A stretch of 64,000 nt of DNA from Candidatus Hydrogenedentota bacterium. Lineage in GTDB: Bacteria > Hydrogenedentota > Hydrogenedentia > Hydrogenedentales > JAEUWI01. Where the stretch lies: the NCBI GenBank assembly GCA_034669905.1, contig JAXMOL010000042.1, forward strand, positions 10,681 through 74,680, read 5' to 3'. Positions 31,098 to 43,718 of the stretch are shown piece after piece. Below the pieces are notes generated by a model. That model saw only the letters and a list, made by a program, of their open reading frames with translations, was not told the DNA's origin and ran no database searches. Each line of letters starts with the position of its first letter. Within the stretch, counting starts at the first letter, position 1. The translations under genes and the position numbers were made by a program.

Positions 31098-33182
31098 ATG
31101 CCGACGGTTGAGAATGTGCTGGAGTCAGAAAAGTATCACGTGGTTCGGGAACTGGGTCGCGGCGGGATGGGTGTGGTCTATCTCGCGGAAGACCGGCAAC
31201 TGAAGCGCAAGGTCGCCCTGAAGGTACTCTACGAACATCTCAACAAAGAAACCGCCTTTGTCGAGCGATTCCGCGAAGAGGCCCGTTCCGTCTCTACCCT
31301 CCACCATCCCAATATCGTCTGCGTACATGGCCTGGAGCACGCCAACGGGGTGGTCGCTATCGACATGGAATATGTGGAGGGATACTCCCTCGATATGGTG
31401 ATGGGTACGAGTCAGATGACTCCCCATATTGCCGTATCCATCGCCCGCGATGTCTTGAGTGGTCTGGTCACGTGCCACGAAATCGGGATTGTCCATCGGG
31501 ATATCAAACCCAGCAACATCCTCGTCCACCATGGTGGCACGGCGAAGTTGACCGATTTCGGACTGGCCACGGCCTATGCCTCCCACCTTGAGGCCACGGT
31601 ACGGGGGAATACGTCGTCCGGTTTTTACATGGGAACTCCTCGTTACATGCCGGTGGAGGCGTGGGAGGGAGGCGACCCCAAGCCCATGTGGGATGTCTAC
31701 TCCTTCGGCATCGTACTCTATGAACTCCTGTCGGGGGGGGCAGCCTTTGCCGCCGAGAATCCGATGGCGATCATGAAAAAGCACCTGACCGAGCCCTTGC
31801 CCTTGATTCGGGAGGTGGCCTCGGGCATATCGGACGAATTGGCGGATCTGGTCGATGCCCTGGTGCGCGAGCCGACGGACAATCTGTTGACAAGCGCGGA
31901 AGCCCTTCGGGTCCTTCAGGGAACGCCAGAGTTCGCAGAACTGCAAGACAGTAATGTGGCCACCACCATTGCGGTATCTCCCGTGCGTCGTTCGCTACGG
32001 CGTGCCCGTCGGCTGCGTATTTCACGTACGCCAATGTTCATCGGGGTCGGATTGGTCTTACTCCTACTTATCGGCTATCTCCTATGGGATGGTTCGACGC
32101 CAGGCGCTACGCATGGCTCCGGGCAGTTTATGACCATGCGGGTGGTGGGCGCGACTTCTGCCGAAGAAACCTGGATGGTAGAAAAGACACCGGGATCGAC
32201 GGCGCTCTGGTTTACAGGATATTCCGACTCGGGGCTGACGCGAATCGAAGCCCAACGGGTACAACCGGGCGAATGGACACTCAGCGGGGGCTGGGCCCAA
32301 TTGGTGATGCCCCAGGCAGGGAGTTTTCAATATGGCACCGTCACGGGCAGTCTCTTCTGGCCCGAGGGGACGGCCAGCCTTTATGTCAATATGGAGCGGG
32401 TGCGCGAGGTGGATGGGCTGCGAGAGCGCATCTCCATGGCGAGTATGCCCTCCCCCCGAATTCGGAGTCAGCAGGAATTCATCCGTGGGCTTGAAAAGCA
32501 GGACTTGCTACAGGCGCTTATCTACAATGAGTTGCTCGACGTCGCCAAGTTCCCGTGGGTACTGGCCATCGAATCCATGTTTCCCGGGACAGCCCGTTCC
32601 CGCTACGCCATCCCCTATGGCGCCGACCCGATCGTGGTCGATGGACAGCTTGACGAGCCCCTTTGGACCAACGAGTATTTTTACCCCGATGGGGGGACGC
32701 TCGGTGACGTGGTGCCCGGCGAAATGCAGGTGCCGGTCGAATTGCGAGCACGCTGGCGGGAGGGCGGGGTCGTGATCGCTTCGGAAATTGATAGTGGGGA
32801 TCCGAGCCTGCGATTCGAGTTGGGTTTCATGCCCGCCTTTGAAGTGTCGTTGCGAAACTCCGGGCGGCTGGTATTGGAAGCCCCATCCAGCGGCGCGGTG
32901 AGCTTCCAGTACTTCGAGGCCGGTGTACGCAGGCCGTTCAATGCCCAATGGCCGGTCGCGCTTCAGCAGGGCAATGAAAAAACGCGAATCGAGATGGATA
33001 TCCCCTCGGATCTCCTGGAAGAAAAAGCCCGCGCGGTTGCGCAGAAGCGATGGCGCATCAACGCCCGGTGGACGCGTAGTGATGGCGTGGGTTCCCGTGA
33101 GGTAGTGGCCCAATGGGGAGACCATGAATTTATCGCCTTGGAGCATGGGGCGCTATTCGTTTTTCAGGCGCCGAACGGCTGA
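31098..33182 (+). CDS. Membrane Hanks-type Ser/Thr kinase with a large ectodomain (copy 2)
   Basis: Same catalytic motifs as copy 1; TM MFIGVGLVLLLLIGYLLW; C-terminal DGQLDEPLW..IEMDIP..WRIN; start ATG 31098. Confidence 0.93.
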   Translation: MPTVENVLESEKYHVVRELGRGGMGVVYLAEDRQLKRKVALKVLYEHLNKETAFVERFREEARSVSTLHHPNIVCVHGLEHANGVVAIDMEYVEGYSLDMVMGTSQMTPHIAVSIARDVLSGLVTCHEIGIVHRDIKPSNILVHHGGTAKLTDFGLATAYASHLEATVRGNTSSGFYMGTPRYMPVEAWEGGDPKPMWDVYSFGIVLYELLSGGAAFAAENPMAIMKKHLTEPLPLIREVASGISDELADLVDALVREPTDNLLTSAEALRVLQGTPEFAELQDSNVATTIAVSPVRRSLRRARRLRISRTPMFIGVGLVLLLLIGYLLWDGSTPGATHGSGQFMTMRVVGATSAEETWMVEKTPGSTALWFTGYSDSGLTRIEAQRVQPGEWTLSGGWAQLVMPQAGSFQYGTVTGSLFWPEGTASLYVNMERVREVDGLRERISMASMPSPRIRSQQEFIRGLEKQDLLQALIYNELLDVAKFPWVLAIESMFPGTARSRYAIPYGADPIVVDGQLDEPLWTNEYFYPDGGTLGDVVPGEMQVPVELRARWREGGVVIASEIDSGDPSLRFELGFMPAFEVSLRNSGRLVLEAPSSGAVSFQYFEAGVRRPFNAQWPVALQQGNEKTRIEMDIPSDLLEEKARAVAQKRWRINARWTRSDGVGSREVVAQWGDHEFIALEHGALFVFQAPNG

Positions 33183-33226
33183 GGTCTTCGCGGACAATTG
33201 GCTGAAACGAGAAGGAGCGAACAGCG

Positions 33227-35380
33227 ATGAGCTGGCGAACTTTACCGTTGATGTGTGCGTGTTTGTTGGTCGGGGGGCTTTCCGTGCCTGCGCAGACGGG
33301 CACCTTCAAGCCCTTGTCATCCCAGCCTGAGGATGTCGTCGCGATGGATGGGTGGCTCTACTTCAGCGCCGACGACGGCCGCTTTGGCCGGGAATTGTGG
33401 CGTGCAAATATCGAGGGGAATGCCGAGCGACTGACCGATCTTTCCCGTGGGGCGCTCAGCTCAGAAATTTATAGTCTCTATCCCTATAAGGGCGTGCTCT
33501 ATTTCGGTTACCGGCCGGAAGGAGGGGTGGGACAGCTCTGGCGTTCCGATGGTACTGAGGTCGGGACCTATCAGCTGAGCCGTTTGCCGGCGGATGGCAC
33601 AATGGCCCCCTTTCATAGAGTGCTTGCTCACAGTCGTAGTCGACTCTATATCGTAACGGGAGAAGGGCAGGGTACGAAGCAGCTCTGGGAAAGTGACGGG
33701 ACGAGTGAGGGCACCCGAAGGGTGTGCGAGGCGAGCCGTGGGAATCCCATAAACTGTGACTCCTTCCATGGGGTCGTTTCCGGAGCAGACCTCTATCTGA
33801 ACATGAAGTGGGGAAAAGGCTTCGCTGTGGCGCGAGTGGATGGCGCCACGGGGTTGGCACATGTTATTCGGGAATTCGAATCGGAAGCGGTTTCCTTTTT
33901 CGCCCTGGAATCTGGCGAGGTCTTGTTTAGTGGTTTTGAGGAGCGTACGGGCGGCGAGCTATGGAAGACCGGACCTACACCCGGCTCATGCGAACTGGTC
34001 CGGGATATATATCCCGGCAAAGAGTCATCGAAGGTCGGGGAGATACACCGCTTTGTAACGGACCCCTTCGGGGTAATGACGCTGTTTGTCGCAACGACCC
34101 CGGAGTACGGACGGGAGTTGTGGCAAACCGACGGGACCCGGGAAGGCACGACGATTTGGAGAGACCTGGTAAGGGGGGCGGGCAGTTCCGATCCGAACCG
34201 ACTGACTTCCTCCCGGGGTGAACTCTATTTCGTGGCCCTCGGAGAAAACGTCGGGAGAGAGGTCTGGTATTACAGTGCGGGAACCGACGAGGCAAAGCCG
34301 ATCAGCGATGTGAACCCCGGGCTTGGCAGCAGTAATCCGTACGCCTTTTGTCTGGCAAAAGATTCTTCGTTGTATTTCAGCGCCGAGGATCAGCATGTGG
34401 ACGAAGAGCTATGGGTCTTTCCGGGAACGGGAGATAAATCCCACCAGGTGGCGGACATCTATCCGGGAAAGCAGAGTTCTTTTCCCTTCTTTACCACCCT
34501 GCTGGGCGACTTCATCGTGACGGTGGCTACCGATCCCGTGGTCGGGCGTGAGCTTCGAATCTTAGGCACCAATGACGTGCCTCGGGTCCTTGTCGACATC
34601 TGGACGGATAACAGCGTAAATCCGTCCTCCTCACCCAGTCAGTTCACGATCTTTCGCGATCGCCTCTTCTTCGTCGCGAACGACCTCCGGCGTGGCAATG
34701 AGCTCTGGACCAGCGACGGGACCAACGCGGGTACCCGTCTGGTCAAAGACATTCATTCCGGGCGTAAGAGCAGCAACCCGAGCCAATTGACGGTAGTGGG
34801 TGATCTGCTGTACTTCGTGGCGGATGACGGTGTCCATGGCTATGAATTGTGGCGCAGTGATGGGAGCGAGGCCGGGACCGCCATGACGATGGAAATTGCG
34901 TGGCCCATGTCGCCGCGCATCCGACATCTCACCGCCTTCAAGGAGAATCTGGTTTTCAGTGCGTGGCGGGAAAAGGAAGGGGCGGAACTCTGGATTGTGC
35001 GCCCGGGGAGAAACCCCGAGATACTTAAAGATATCAACGCCGGGGCAGGCTCCAGCGATCCCAACGATCTGGTGGTATGGAAGGAACACGTCTACTTTCA
35101 GGCGGATGATGGCATCACCGGCATGGAATTCTGGCGGACCGATGGGACGGAGGAAGGCACCGTCATGGTGAAGGATATCATCAACGCACCGGTGGAAAAG
35201 ATTCGCGCGCTGGAAGTGCGTCCCGGGTTGGGGGGGCTTGTTATTTCTGCGGAGGTGGATGGGGCTGGCGCCGAACTCTGGGCCTTGAAAGAGCAGGGGC
35301 GTGCCCTGCATCTCGTGCGGGATATTGCATCCCCCTCGGTGCTCGGCGTCTTAAACCCGCTGTATGTGTCCGTTCCGTGA
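33227..35380 (+). CDS. Secreted ELWxxDGT-repeat beta-propeller protein (copy 2)
   Basis: Signal peptide MSWRTLPLMCACLLVGGLSVPA; repeats such as ELWQTDGT, ELWTSDGT, ELWRSDGS, EFWRTDGT. Confidence 0.92.
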   Translation: MSWRTLPLMCACLLVGGLSVPAQTGTFKPLSSQPEDVVAMDGWLYFSADDGRFGRELWRANIEGNAERLTDLSRGALSSEIYSLYPYKGVLYFGYRPEGGVGQLWRSDGTEVGTYQLSRLPADGTMAPFHRVLAHSRSRLYIVTGEGQGTKQLWESDGTSEGTRRVCEASRGNPINCDSFHGVVSGADLYLNMKWGKGFAVARVDGATGLAHVIREFESEAVSFFALESGEVLFSGFEERTGGELWKTGPTPGSCELVRDIYPGKESSKVGEIHRFVTDPFGVMTLFVATTPEYGRELWQTDGTREGTTIWRDLVRGAGSSDPNRLTSSRGELYFVALGENVGREVWYYSAGTDEAKPISDVNPGLGSSNPYAFCLAKDSSLYFSAEDQHVDEELWVFPGTGDKSHQVADIYPGKQSSFPFFTTLLGDFIVTVATDPVVGRELRILGTNDVPRVLVDIWTDNSVNPSSSPSQFTIFRDRLFFVANDLRRGNELWTSDGTNAGTRLVKDIHSGRKSSNPSQLTVVGDLLYFVADDGVHGYELWRSDGSEAGTAMTMEIAWPMSPRIRHLTAFKENLVFSAWREKEGAELWIVRPGRNPEILKDINAGAGSSDPNDLVVWKEHVYFQADDGITGMEFWRTDGTEEGTVMVKDIINAPVEKIRALEVRPGLGGLVISAEVDGAGAELWALKEQGRALHLVRDIASPSVLGVLNPLYVSVP

Positions 35381-35482
35381 GGGGGGGTAGGAAAGAGGTC
35401 TAAGGGGGTCCAGGGCCGGTGTGGCGACTTCGGGGGGCGTCTTATCAACGGGGGGCTTCCCTGTGATGGGGTCTTGCACATG

Positions 35483-35512
35483 AAAAAAGCGCCCACTTCT
35501 GTGGGCGCTTTG
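35483..35512 (-). terminator. Intrinsic terminator of gyrA
   Basis: Minus strand AAAGCGCCCAC-AGAA-GTGGGCGCTTTTTT. Confidence 0.85.
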
Positions 35513-35541
35513 TGCGAGATTCTCATACCGTAACAGGATGA

Positions 35542-38067
35542 TCAGGCATCACTGTCCTTGTCCTTTTCGGCGTTCGTCGGTTCTGCAGGTGTTGTCTCCA
35601 CGTCCGCGACCGCATCGGCCACATCGTCTTCGGCCTCTTCGGCCACCGCCTTCGCGACCGCACTCACCTTGGCCCCTTCCTGAGGCTTCATGATGCGCAC
35701 GCCCTGGGTATTGCGGCCAATCGTCCGAATGTCCTTGACCGACGTCCGAATTACAATGCCATCGGTCGCCACCAGTACCAACTCGGCCGCGTCATCGACG
35801 GTCATCATGCTCACCACGTTGCCATTTCGCTCGGTGGTCTTGATGTTGATGATGCCCGAGCCGCCGCGGTGCTGCAGTCGGTATTCACCCACCTTCGTGC
35901 GCTTACCGAAACCGTTCTCCGTGATACTCAGCACCGTGCTCTCATCCTGGGCCAGCGACATACCCACCACGTAGTCTTCGTCCGTCAGGCGAACGCCGAT
36001 GACGCCCCGTGCGGTACGGCCCATGGGGCGGGCATCTTTTTCCGGGAAGCGGATGGCCATGCCCTTGTAGGTGGCGATTAAGACATTGTCATCGCCAGAG
36101 GTCAGGGCCACGTCCATCAGCTCATCGTCTTTATTGAGATCCAGGGCGATGATACCGGTCGTACGCGGATTGCTGTAGGCCTTGAGCGAGGTCTTCTTCA
36201 CGATACCCTGACGGGTCACCATGAACACGAAGAGATTTTCATCCTGCAGGTCGCGAACGGGCAGGAAGGTGGTCACCACTTCATCCCCACCCAGATTGAG
36301 CAGGTTCACCATGGCACGACCACGGGCCGTCCGACTCATCTTGGGCAATTCATGGACCTTGCGCCAGTAGACCCGGGCCTTGTTGGTGAAGAAGAGCATG
36401 TATTGATGGGCGGAAGCAATGAAGAGGTCTTTGACGAAATCTTCGTCTTTCGTATCCATGCCCGAAACACCACGGCCGCCACGCTTCTGCTTACGGTAAG
36501 TGCTCACCGGAAGCCGCTTGATGTAGCCCTGGTTGGAAACCGTCACCACCATGTTCTCGTCGGCGATGAGGTCTTCGATATTGAATTCCCCTTCGTCTTC
36601 GATGATGTCCGTGCGCCGTTCGTCGCCATGTTTTTCTTTCACGGCAACAATCTCGTCGCGAACAACGGCCAGGATGTTCTTCGTGCTCGAAAGAATGGTG
36701 CGATAGCCTTCAATCTCTTTCAGCAGCTCCGCGTATTCCGATTCCAGCTCTTCGCGCTCGAGTCCGGTCAGGCGACGGAGCCGCATGGCCAGGATAGCGT
36801 TGGCCTGAAGGATTGAAAAGGCGAAGCGCTCGATCAGGCGATCCCGCGCTTCGTCGGAGTCTTTCGAAGCCCGGATGATCTTGATGATTTCATCAATGTT
36901 GTCGATGGCCTTAAGCAGGCCTTCCAGGATATGGGCACGGGCCTCGGCCTTGTCGAGCAGGAAGCGGGTACGTCGTTCGACGATTTCCGCGCGGTGCTCA
37001 ATATAGTAGTGAATCATTTCCGCCAGGTTGAGTACCTTGGGCGTATTCGCCACCAGCGAAAGGAAGATGATGCTCGCCGTGGACTGCAGCTGGGTGTGCT
37101 TATAGAGCTGGTTCAAGACGACTTCTGGCTCTTCACCCTTGCGCAATTCGATGACGATGCGCATGCCGTCTTTGTCGGACTCGTCCCGCAGGTCGGTGAT
37201 GCCTTCCACCGTCTTGCTGCGGACCAGATCGGCAATCGATTCGATCAGGCGGAGCTTGTTTACCTGGTAAGGGATCTCCTGGATAATGATGCTTTGCTTG
37301 CCCTGGCCCCCTTCCTTCTTCGATTCCACCGCCACGCGGCCCCGTACTTTGACGCGGCCCCGGCCCGTGCGATAGGCATCCTTAATTCCCTTGCGACCCA
37401 GAATGACGCCGCCCGTGGGGAAGTCGGGCCCGGTCACATACTTCATCAGGTCGTCGGGGGTGGCTGTCGGGTTATCGATGCGGTGGATAACGGCATCGCA
37501 GACTTCGGTCAGGTTGTGGGGCGGGCAGCTCGTTGCCATGCCCACGGCAATGCCGTAGGAGCCGTTAACCAGCAGATTAGGGTAGGCAGACGGAAGGACG
37601 GTCGGCTCCATAAGCCGGTCATCGAAGGTCGGCTGCATGTCGACTGTTTCTTTGTCCAGGTCGGCAAGCATCTGGGCCGTGATGGATTCCATCCGCGCTT
37701 CGGTATACCGGTACGCTGCCGCGTTGTCACCGTCGATGGAGCCAAAGTTACCCTGGCTGTCCACGAGGGGGTAGCGCATGTTCCAGGGCTGGGCCATTCG
37801 GACCAACGCATCGTATACCGACGAGTCACCGTGGGGGTGATACTTACCCAGGGCCTCACCCACGATATTGGCGCACTTTCGGAAGGCGCGCCCTTTGGTG
37901 AGACTCAGTTCCTGCATCACATAGAGGATGCGCCGATGCACCGGCTTCAGTCCATCGCGTACATCGGGCAAGGCACGACTTACGATAACGCTCATGGAAT
38001 AGTCCATGAACGAATTCTTCATTTCCTGCTCGATGGCTATCGGCTCAATTTTATCTTCTGTACTCAT
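35542..38067 (-). CDS. gyrA: DNA gyrase subunit A
   Basis: RALPDVRDGLKPVHRR, YHPHGDS, AAYRYTEAR, GyrA-box QKRGGRG, acidic tail. Confidence 0.98.
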   Translation of the reverse strand: MSTEDKIEPIAIEQEMKNSFMDYSMSVIVSRALPDVRDGLKPVHRRILYVMQELSLTKGRAFRKCANIVGEALGKYHPHGDSSVYDALVRMAQPWNMRYPLVDSQGNFGSIDGDNAAAYRYTEARMESITAQMLADLDKETVDMQPTFDDRLMEPTVLPSAYPNLLVNGSYGIAVGMATSCPPHNLTEVCDAVIHRIDNPTATPDDLMKYVTGPDFPTGGVILGRKGIKDAYRTGRGRVKVRGRVAVESKKEGGQGKQSIIIQEIPYQVNKLRLIESIADLVRSKTVEGITDLRDESDKDGMRIVIELRKGEEPEVVLNQLYKHTQLQSTASIIFLSLVANTPKVLNLAEMIHYYIEHRAEIVERRTRFLLDKAEARAHILEGLLKAIDNIDEIIKIIRASKDSDEARDRLIERFAFSILQANAILAMRLRRLTGLEREELESEYAELLKEIEGYRTILSSTKNILAVVRDEIVAVKEKHGDERRTDIIEDEGEFNIEDLIADENMVVTVSNQGYIKRLPVSTYRKQKRGGRGVSGMDTKDEDFVKDLFIASAHQYMLFFTNKARVYWRKVHELPKMSRTARGRAMVNLLNLGGDEVVTTFLPVRDLQDENLFVFMVTRQGIVKKTSLKAYSNPRTTGIIALDLNKDDELMDVALTSGDDNVLIATYKGMAIRFPEKDARPMGRTARGVIGVRLTDEDYVVGMSLAQDESTVLSITENGFGKRTKVGEYRLQHRGGSGIINIKTTERNGNVVSMMTVDDAAELVLVATDGIVIRTSVKDIRTIGRNTQGVRIMKPQEGAKVSAVAKAVAEEAEDDVADAVADVETTPAEPTNAEKDKDSDA

Positions 38068-38242
38068 TCCATGTCCTTACGGTCACGTTGCGTTGTGTCG
38101 TCTTCAGCCGAGCGATAGGCGGTGCACAGGCGAAAACGCTCTGACGTGCGTTGGAATCATCGGCGCAAACGCATCAGCGTGAAACTCCGGTTCGCACTCC
38201 CAAAGGGACCCAGGGGACGATGTGCGCGTCACGCACCTCGCC

Positions 38243-40678
<2,436 letters not shown>

Positions 40679-40719
40679 TCATAGCGCCCCCGCGTTAGAT
40701 GGTTTTTAGGATACACGTA

Positions 40720-40748
40720 AGTATAGCAAAATCAACACCTTGAAACAA
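40720..40748 (-). promoter_or_regulatory. sigma70-type promoter of gyrB
   Basis: Minus strand TTGTTT, 17-nt spacer, TATACT with an extended TGn element. Confidence 0.6.
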
Positions 40749-40992
40749 CATTTCCGCTATATTTAGAGGTCAATAAACTCTTGACACACGCTATCTTGTG
40801 GATCGCGGTTTTCGGGTTCGAAAGTAAGCCGCCGGGGGGCGTTTTTCCCCGCTGCACCGTGGGGTGGAGGGGTGAGTTGGCCCTTATCTCGAAGATCCCG
40901 CCCCTGAATCTCGGTGTCGCCCACCTCTCGCGCATCTACACGATGGCACGTTTATTCAGGCCGCGCTGTTGCGAATTGGCAGGAGCCCGACT

Positions 40993-41319
40993 TCAGACTT
41001 CATCATCCAGCGACTCCCCGTCGGCCAGCAATACGATGTAGATATCCGACACCAGCTCTTTTCGGGCCATGCGGTTAATCTTTTTCAGGATCTGCCATTT
41101 GCGGTAGTTGATCTTATGCATCCACACCGCGCTGTCGGCTTCGATGCGCAGTTCCCGGTCGGTGATGCCCCGGGGGCGGGCGTGTTTGGCCACGGTCTCG
41201 CCCACGATTTCGGGCCAGTGTTCCCAGATCTCGGCATGTTCCAGGTGCTTGCCCAGTTCCGTGGTCTTCTTCATTTTGGCGAGGATATCACCCACGCCTT
41301 CCAGCTTAGTGCGCTTCAA
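40993..41319 (-). CDS. DUF721/DciA-family protein
   Basis: WPEIVGETVAKHARP..LRIEADSAVW; canonical position between recF and gyrB. Confidence 0.88.
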   Translation of the reverse strand: MKRTKLEGVGDILAKMKKTTELGKHLEHAEIWEHWPEIVGETVAKHARPRGITDRELRIEADSAVWMHKINYRKWQILKKINRMARKELVSDIYIVLLADGESLDDEV

Positions 41320-42379
41320 GTTGGCCTCGTATCATCTGATAGCGGCGGTAGGGCCGCGATCCAATTTTTTCCGTCAGTTCTCGTTCCGTAGTGGTAACAA
41401 GACATTGTACTTTATCCGCCAGGGACTCGAAAAGGTGTTGGGCGCGGTGGGCATCCAGTTCGGCGAGTACCTCATCGAGCATCAGGATGGGGTATTCTCC
41501 GGTCTGGCTATGAATCAGGGCGATCTCGGCGAGCTTCAGGGCCAGGGCGGCCGATTTCTGCTGACCCTGTGAGCCGAATACCCGGGCTGACTTGCCCGCG
41601 ATTTGAATGTCGATGTCGTCTCGGTGGGGGCCCCGGGTGGTTTGCTTGCGGCGGATGTCCGTGTCCCGCGTGCGGGCGAGGAGCTGGCCGAAGTCCGCTT
41701 GCCCATCCAGGTCCGGCGCATAGGTGAGGGTCAGGACTTCCGCCGCCGCGATGCGCTCGTAGGCGTCCGTGGCCTGGAGGGACAATTCGGTGACAAAGCG
41801 GGCCCGCTCTTCCATGAGGATTTCACCGGGGGGCACGAGTTGGGCGTCCCACACTTCCAGCAGGGTTGGATCGGGTCGGAATTGCTTAAGCAGGCTATTG
41901 CGCTGCTTGAGGGCCTGGCGGTATTGCTGGAGGGCGCTGAGGTAACGGAGGTTAATCTGGGACAGCTCCATATCGAGAAAGCGTCGCCGGAGGGTGGCGC
42001 TGCCCTTGATGAGTCCCACATCCTCCGGGGAAAAGAAGACGGTATTAATGCGCCCGAGGATGTCACTGATACGGGTTTGGGGTACGCCGTTGATTTTGAA
42101 CCGCTTGGCTTTCTGCCAATAGTGGGCTTCCAGATCCACCACGCGATCGCTTCGCTCGGCCCGGGCCGTAATTGAAAAGCCGTCTTCTCCGTGGCGGGTC
42201 AATTCCCGTTCATGGAGGGTGCGGTGACTGCGTGCCGTGCACACATAGAGGAGGGCTTCCAACAGGGAGGTCTTACCCTGGGCGTTGTCCCCGTGGATAA
42301 TATTCAGACCCGGCTCCGGCTGAAAATCGATATCGGCCAGACAGCGGAAGCGCCGACACGTTAATTGGGAAAGCCACAT
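41306..42379 (-). CDS. recF: DNA replication/repair protein RecF
   Basis: Walker A GDNAQGKT, RRRFLD, GPHRDD, SQGQQK, MLDEVLAELD. Confidence 0.97.
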   Translation of the reverse strand: MWLSQLTCRRFRCLADIDFQPEPGLNIIHGDNAQGKTSLLEALLYVCTARSHRTLHERELTRHGEDGFSITARAERSDRVVDLEAHYWQKAKRFKINGVPQTRISDILGRINTVFFSPEDVGLIKGSATLRRRFLDMELSQINLRYLSALQQYRQALKQRNSLLKQFRPDPTLLEVWDAQLVPPGEILMEERARFVTELSLQATDAYERIAAAEVLTLTYAPDLDGQADFGQLLARTRDTDIRRKQTTRGPHRDDIDIQIAGKSARVFGSQGQQKSAALALKLAEIALIHSQTGEYPILMLDEVLAELDAHRAQHLFESLADKVQCLVTTTERELTEKIGSRPYRRYQMIRGQLEAH

Positions 42380-42484
42380 CAGGGAACTCCGCCCGCAGGT
42401 GAACGCCCCGGAACGCGGGGGTGTGTATCAGCCGTGGGCCACAGGTGCCAGGGGAACCTGCCAAAATAAATCTACGCGCCGTCC

Positions 42485-43342
42485 TCAGCCGGCGAGGCTG
42501 AGCAGTTCATCAATCGACCCATGGAGGTTGAAATACTGCTCCGTCAGCCCCGGCAGGGTTTCACAGGTCATTCCGGCGGCCACATAGGTCTCGTCCAGCA
42601 CCAGTGTTGTGTTTTTCGGATGGGCGAGGTAGCCGCTGAGGCTACACATCTGGTTGGCGATAGACAGGTTGGCCGCAAGCTCGCGGTGCGCTTCTTCACA
42701 CTTGGAGAGCTCATGGTGGCCGCGGATGGCATTGACCACCGCAGGAGTGAGCTTCCACTTCTGTGCCAGACGGGCGCCCAGCTCGGCATGATCCACGCCG
42801 ATAACGCGTTGCTCGGCCTGGTACCAGGGGATACCTTCGGCTTCCACCAGCGCGCTTACCGCGGCATATTCGTCGGGCATATACTCTTCGAGGATAACCT
42901 TGCCGATATCGTGGATCAATCCATAGGTAAAGGCTTCATCTTCTGAGCCCACAAAGCCTTTGATGCATCCGGAAAGGACGATGGACTTCATGGCGAAGCC
43001 GCAGGCCACGGAGTGGGTGAGGAAGTGGGTGGCACTTGTTTTCATGCATTCGAAGGCCGTGGCGGTCATGGCCAGGTTTTTTAAGACCTTCGCCCCCAGC
43101 AGCACGGTGGCGTGATCCACACTCGTTACTTCCTGTCCCAGGCCATAATAGGCCGAGTTCACCAGGCGAAGGGTCTTCAGCGCGATAGCCGGATCGCCCG
43201 ATATGATGGCCGCAACGGCCTTCATGTCACAACTTGGGTCATCCAGCATTTCGGTGAGTTTGGCAACGGAATCAGGGAGGCTGGGCAGGGTAACGACTTC
43301 ATCCAGCAGGGTGTCGATATCAAATCCATTATCAGGGCACAT
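42485..43342 (-). CDS. HDOD-domain protein
   Basis: LPSLP, DPAIALKTLRLVNSAYYG, GLIHDIGK, DHAELG..LAQKWKL; start probably ATG 43342. Confidence 0.93.
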   Translation of the reverse strand: MCPDNGFDIDTLLDEVVTLPSLPDSVAKLTEMLDDPSCDMKAVAAIISGDPAIALKTLRLVNSAYYGLGQEVTSVDHATVLLGAKVLKNLAMTATAFECMKTSATHFLTHSVACGFAMKSIVLSGCIKGFVGSEDEAFTYGLIHDIGKVILEEYMPDEYAAVSALVEAEGIPWYQAEQRVIGVDHAELGARLAQKWKLTPAVVNAIRGHHELSKCEEAHRELAANLSIANQMCSLSGYLAHPKNTTLVLDETYVAAGMTCETLPGLTEQYFNLHGSIDELLSLAG

Positions 43343-43664
43343 CAGCCAAGCTCTCCCGGTTCGGGCAGGTTTCGATCGCCGAAACTGCGTTCCTGCATGC
43401 AAAGTATGTGGAGATAGTCCCCCGGGGAAAGCAATTCACACCCGGCAGGGAGCAGGGAGGTCCGAGGTTTCGTGGGGTCTTCCCCCGGAGATATGAGGGT
43501 CGCGCCTTTGGGGTTGCTTGCGGGTCCCACCAGCACCACATTGCCCTTGCTGCCGCCGACCAGTGTCAGTCCGCCCACAATCGCTTCGCCTTGTTTCTTC
43601 CAGGAAATCACGACCCATTCACTTTCCAGCAGGTGTGGCCACCCGCATCACGGCCAACGTTGAA

Positions 43665-43704
43665 ACAGAACTGGCCCGGGAGGGGAACCAACCCGGGCCA
43701 GAAA
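43665..43704 (-). terminator. Terminator after the TIGR04073-like gene
   Basis: CTGGCCCGGG...CCCGGGCCAG 10-bp stem followed on the minus strand by TTCTGTTT. Confidence 0.7.
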
Positions 43705-43718
43705 CGAATGATCTTGCC

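Noticed and set aside
26611..35380. Kinase module as a mobile island or anti-phage defence system
   Set aside because: No integrase, att sites or nuclease/effector domains are seen; the TM, ectodomain and signal peptides favour envelope signalling.
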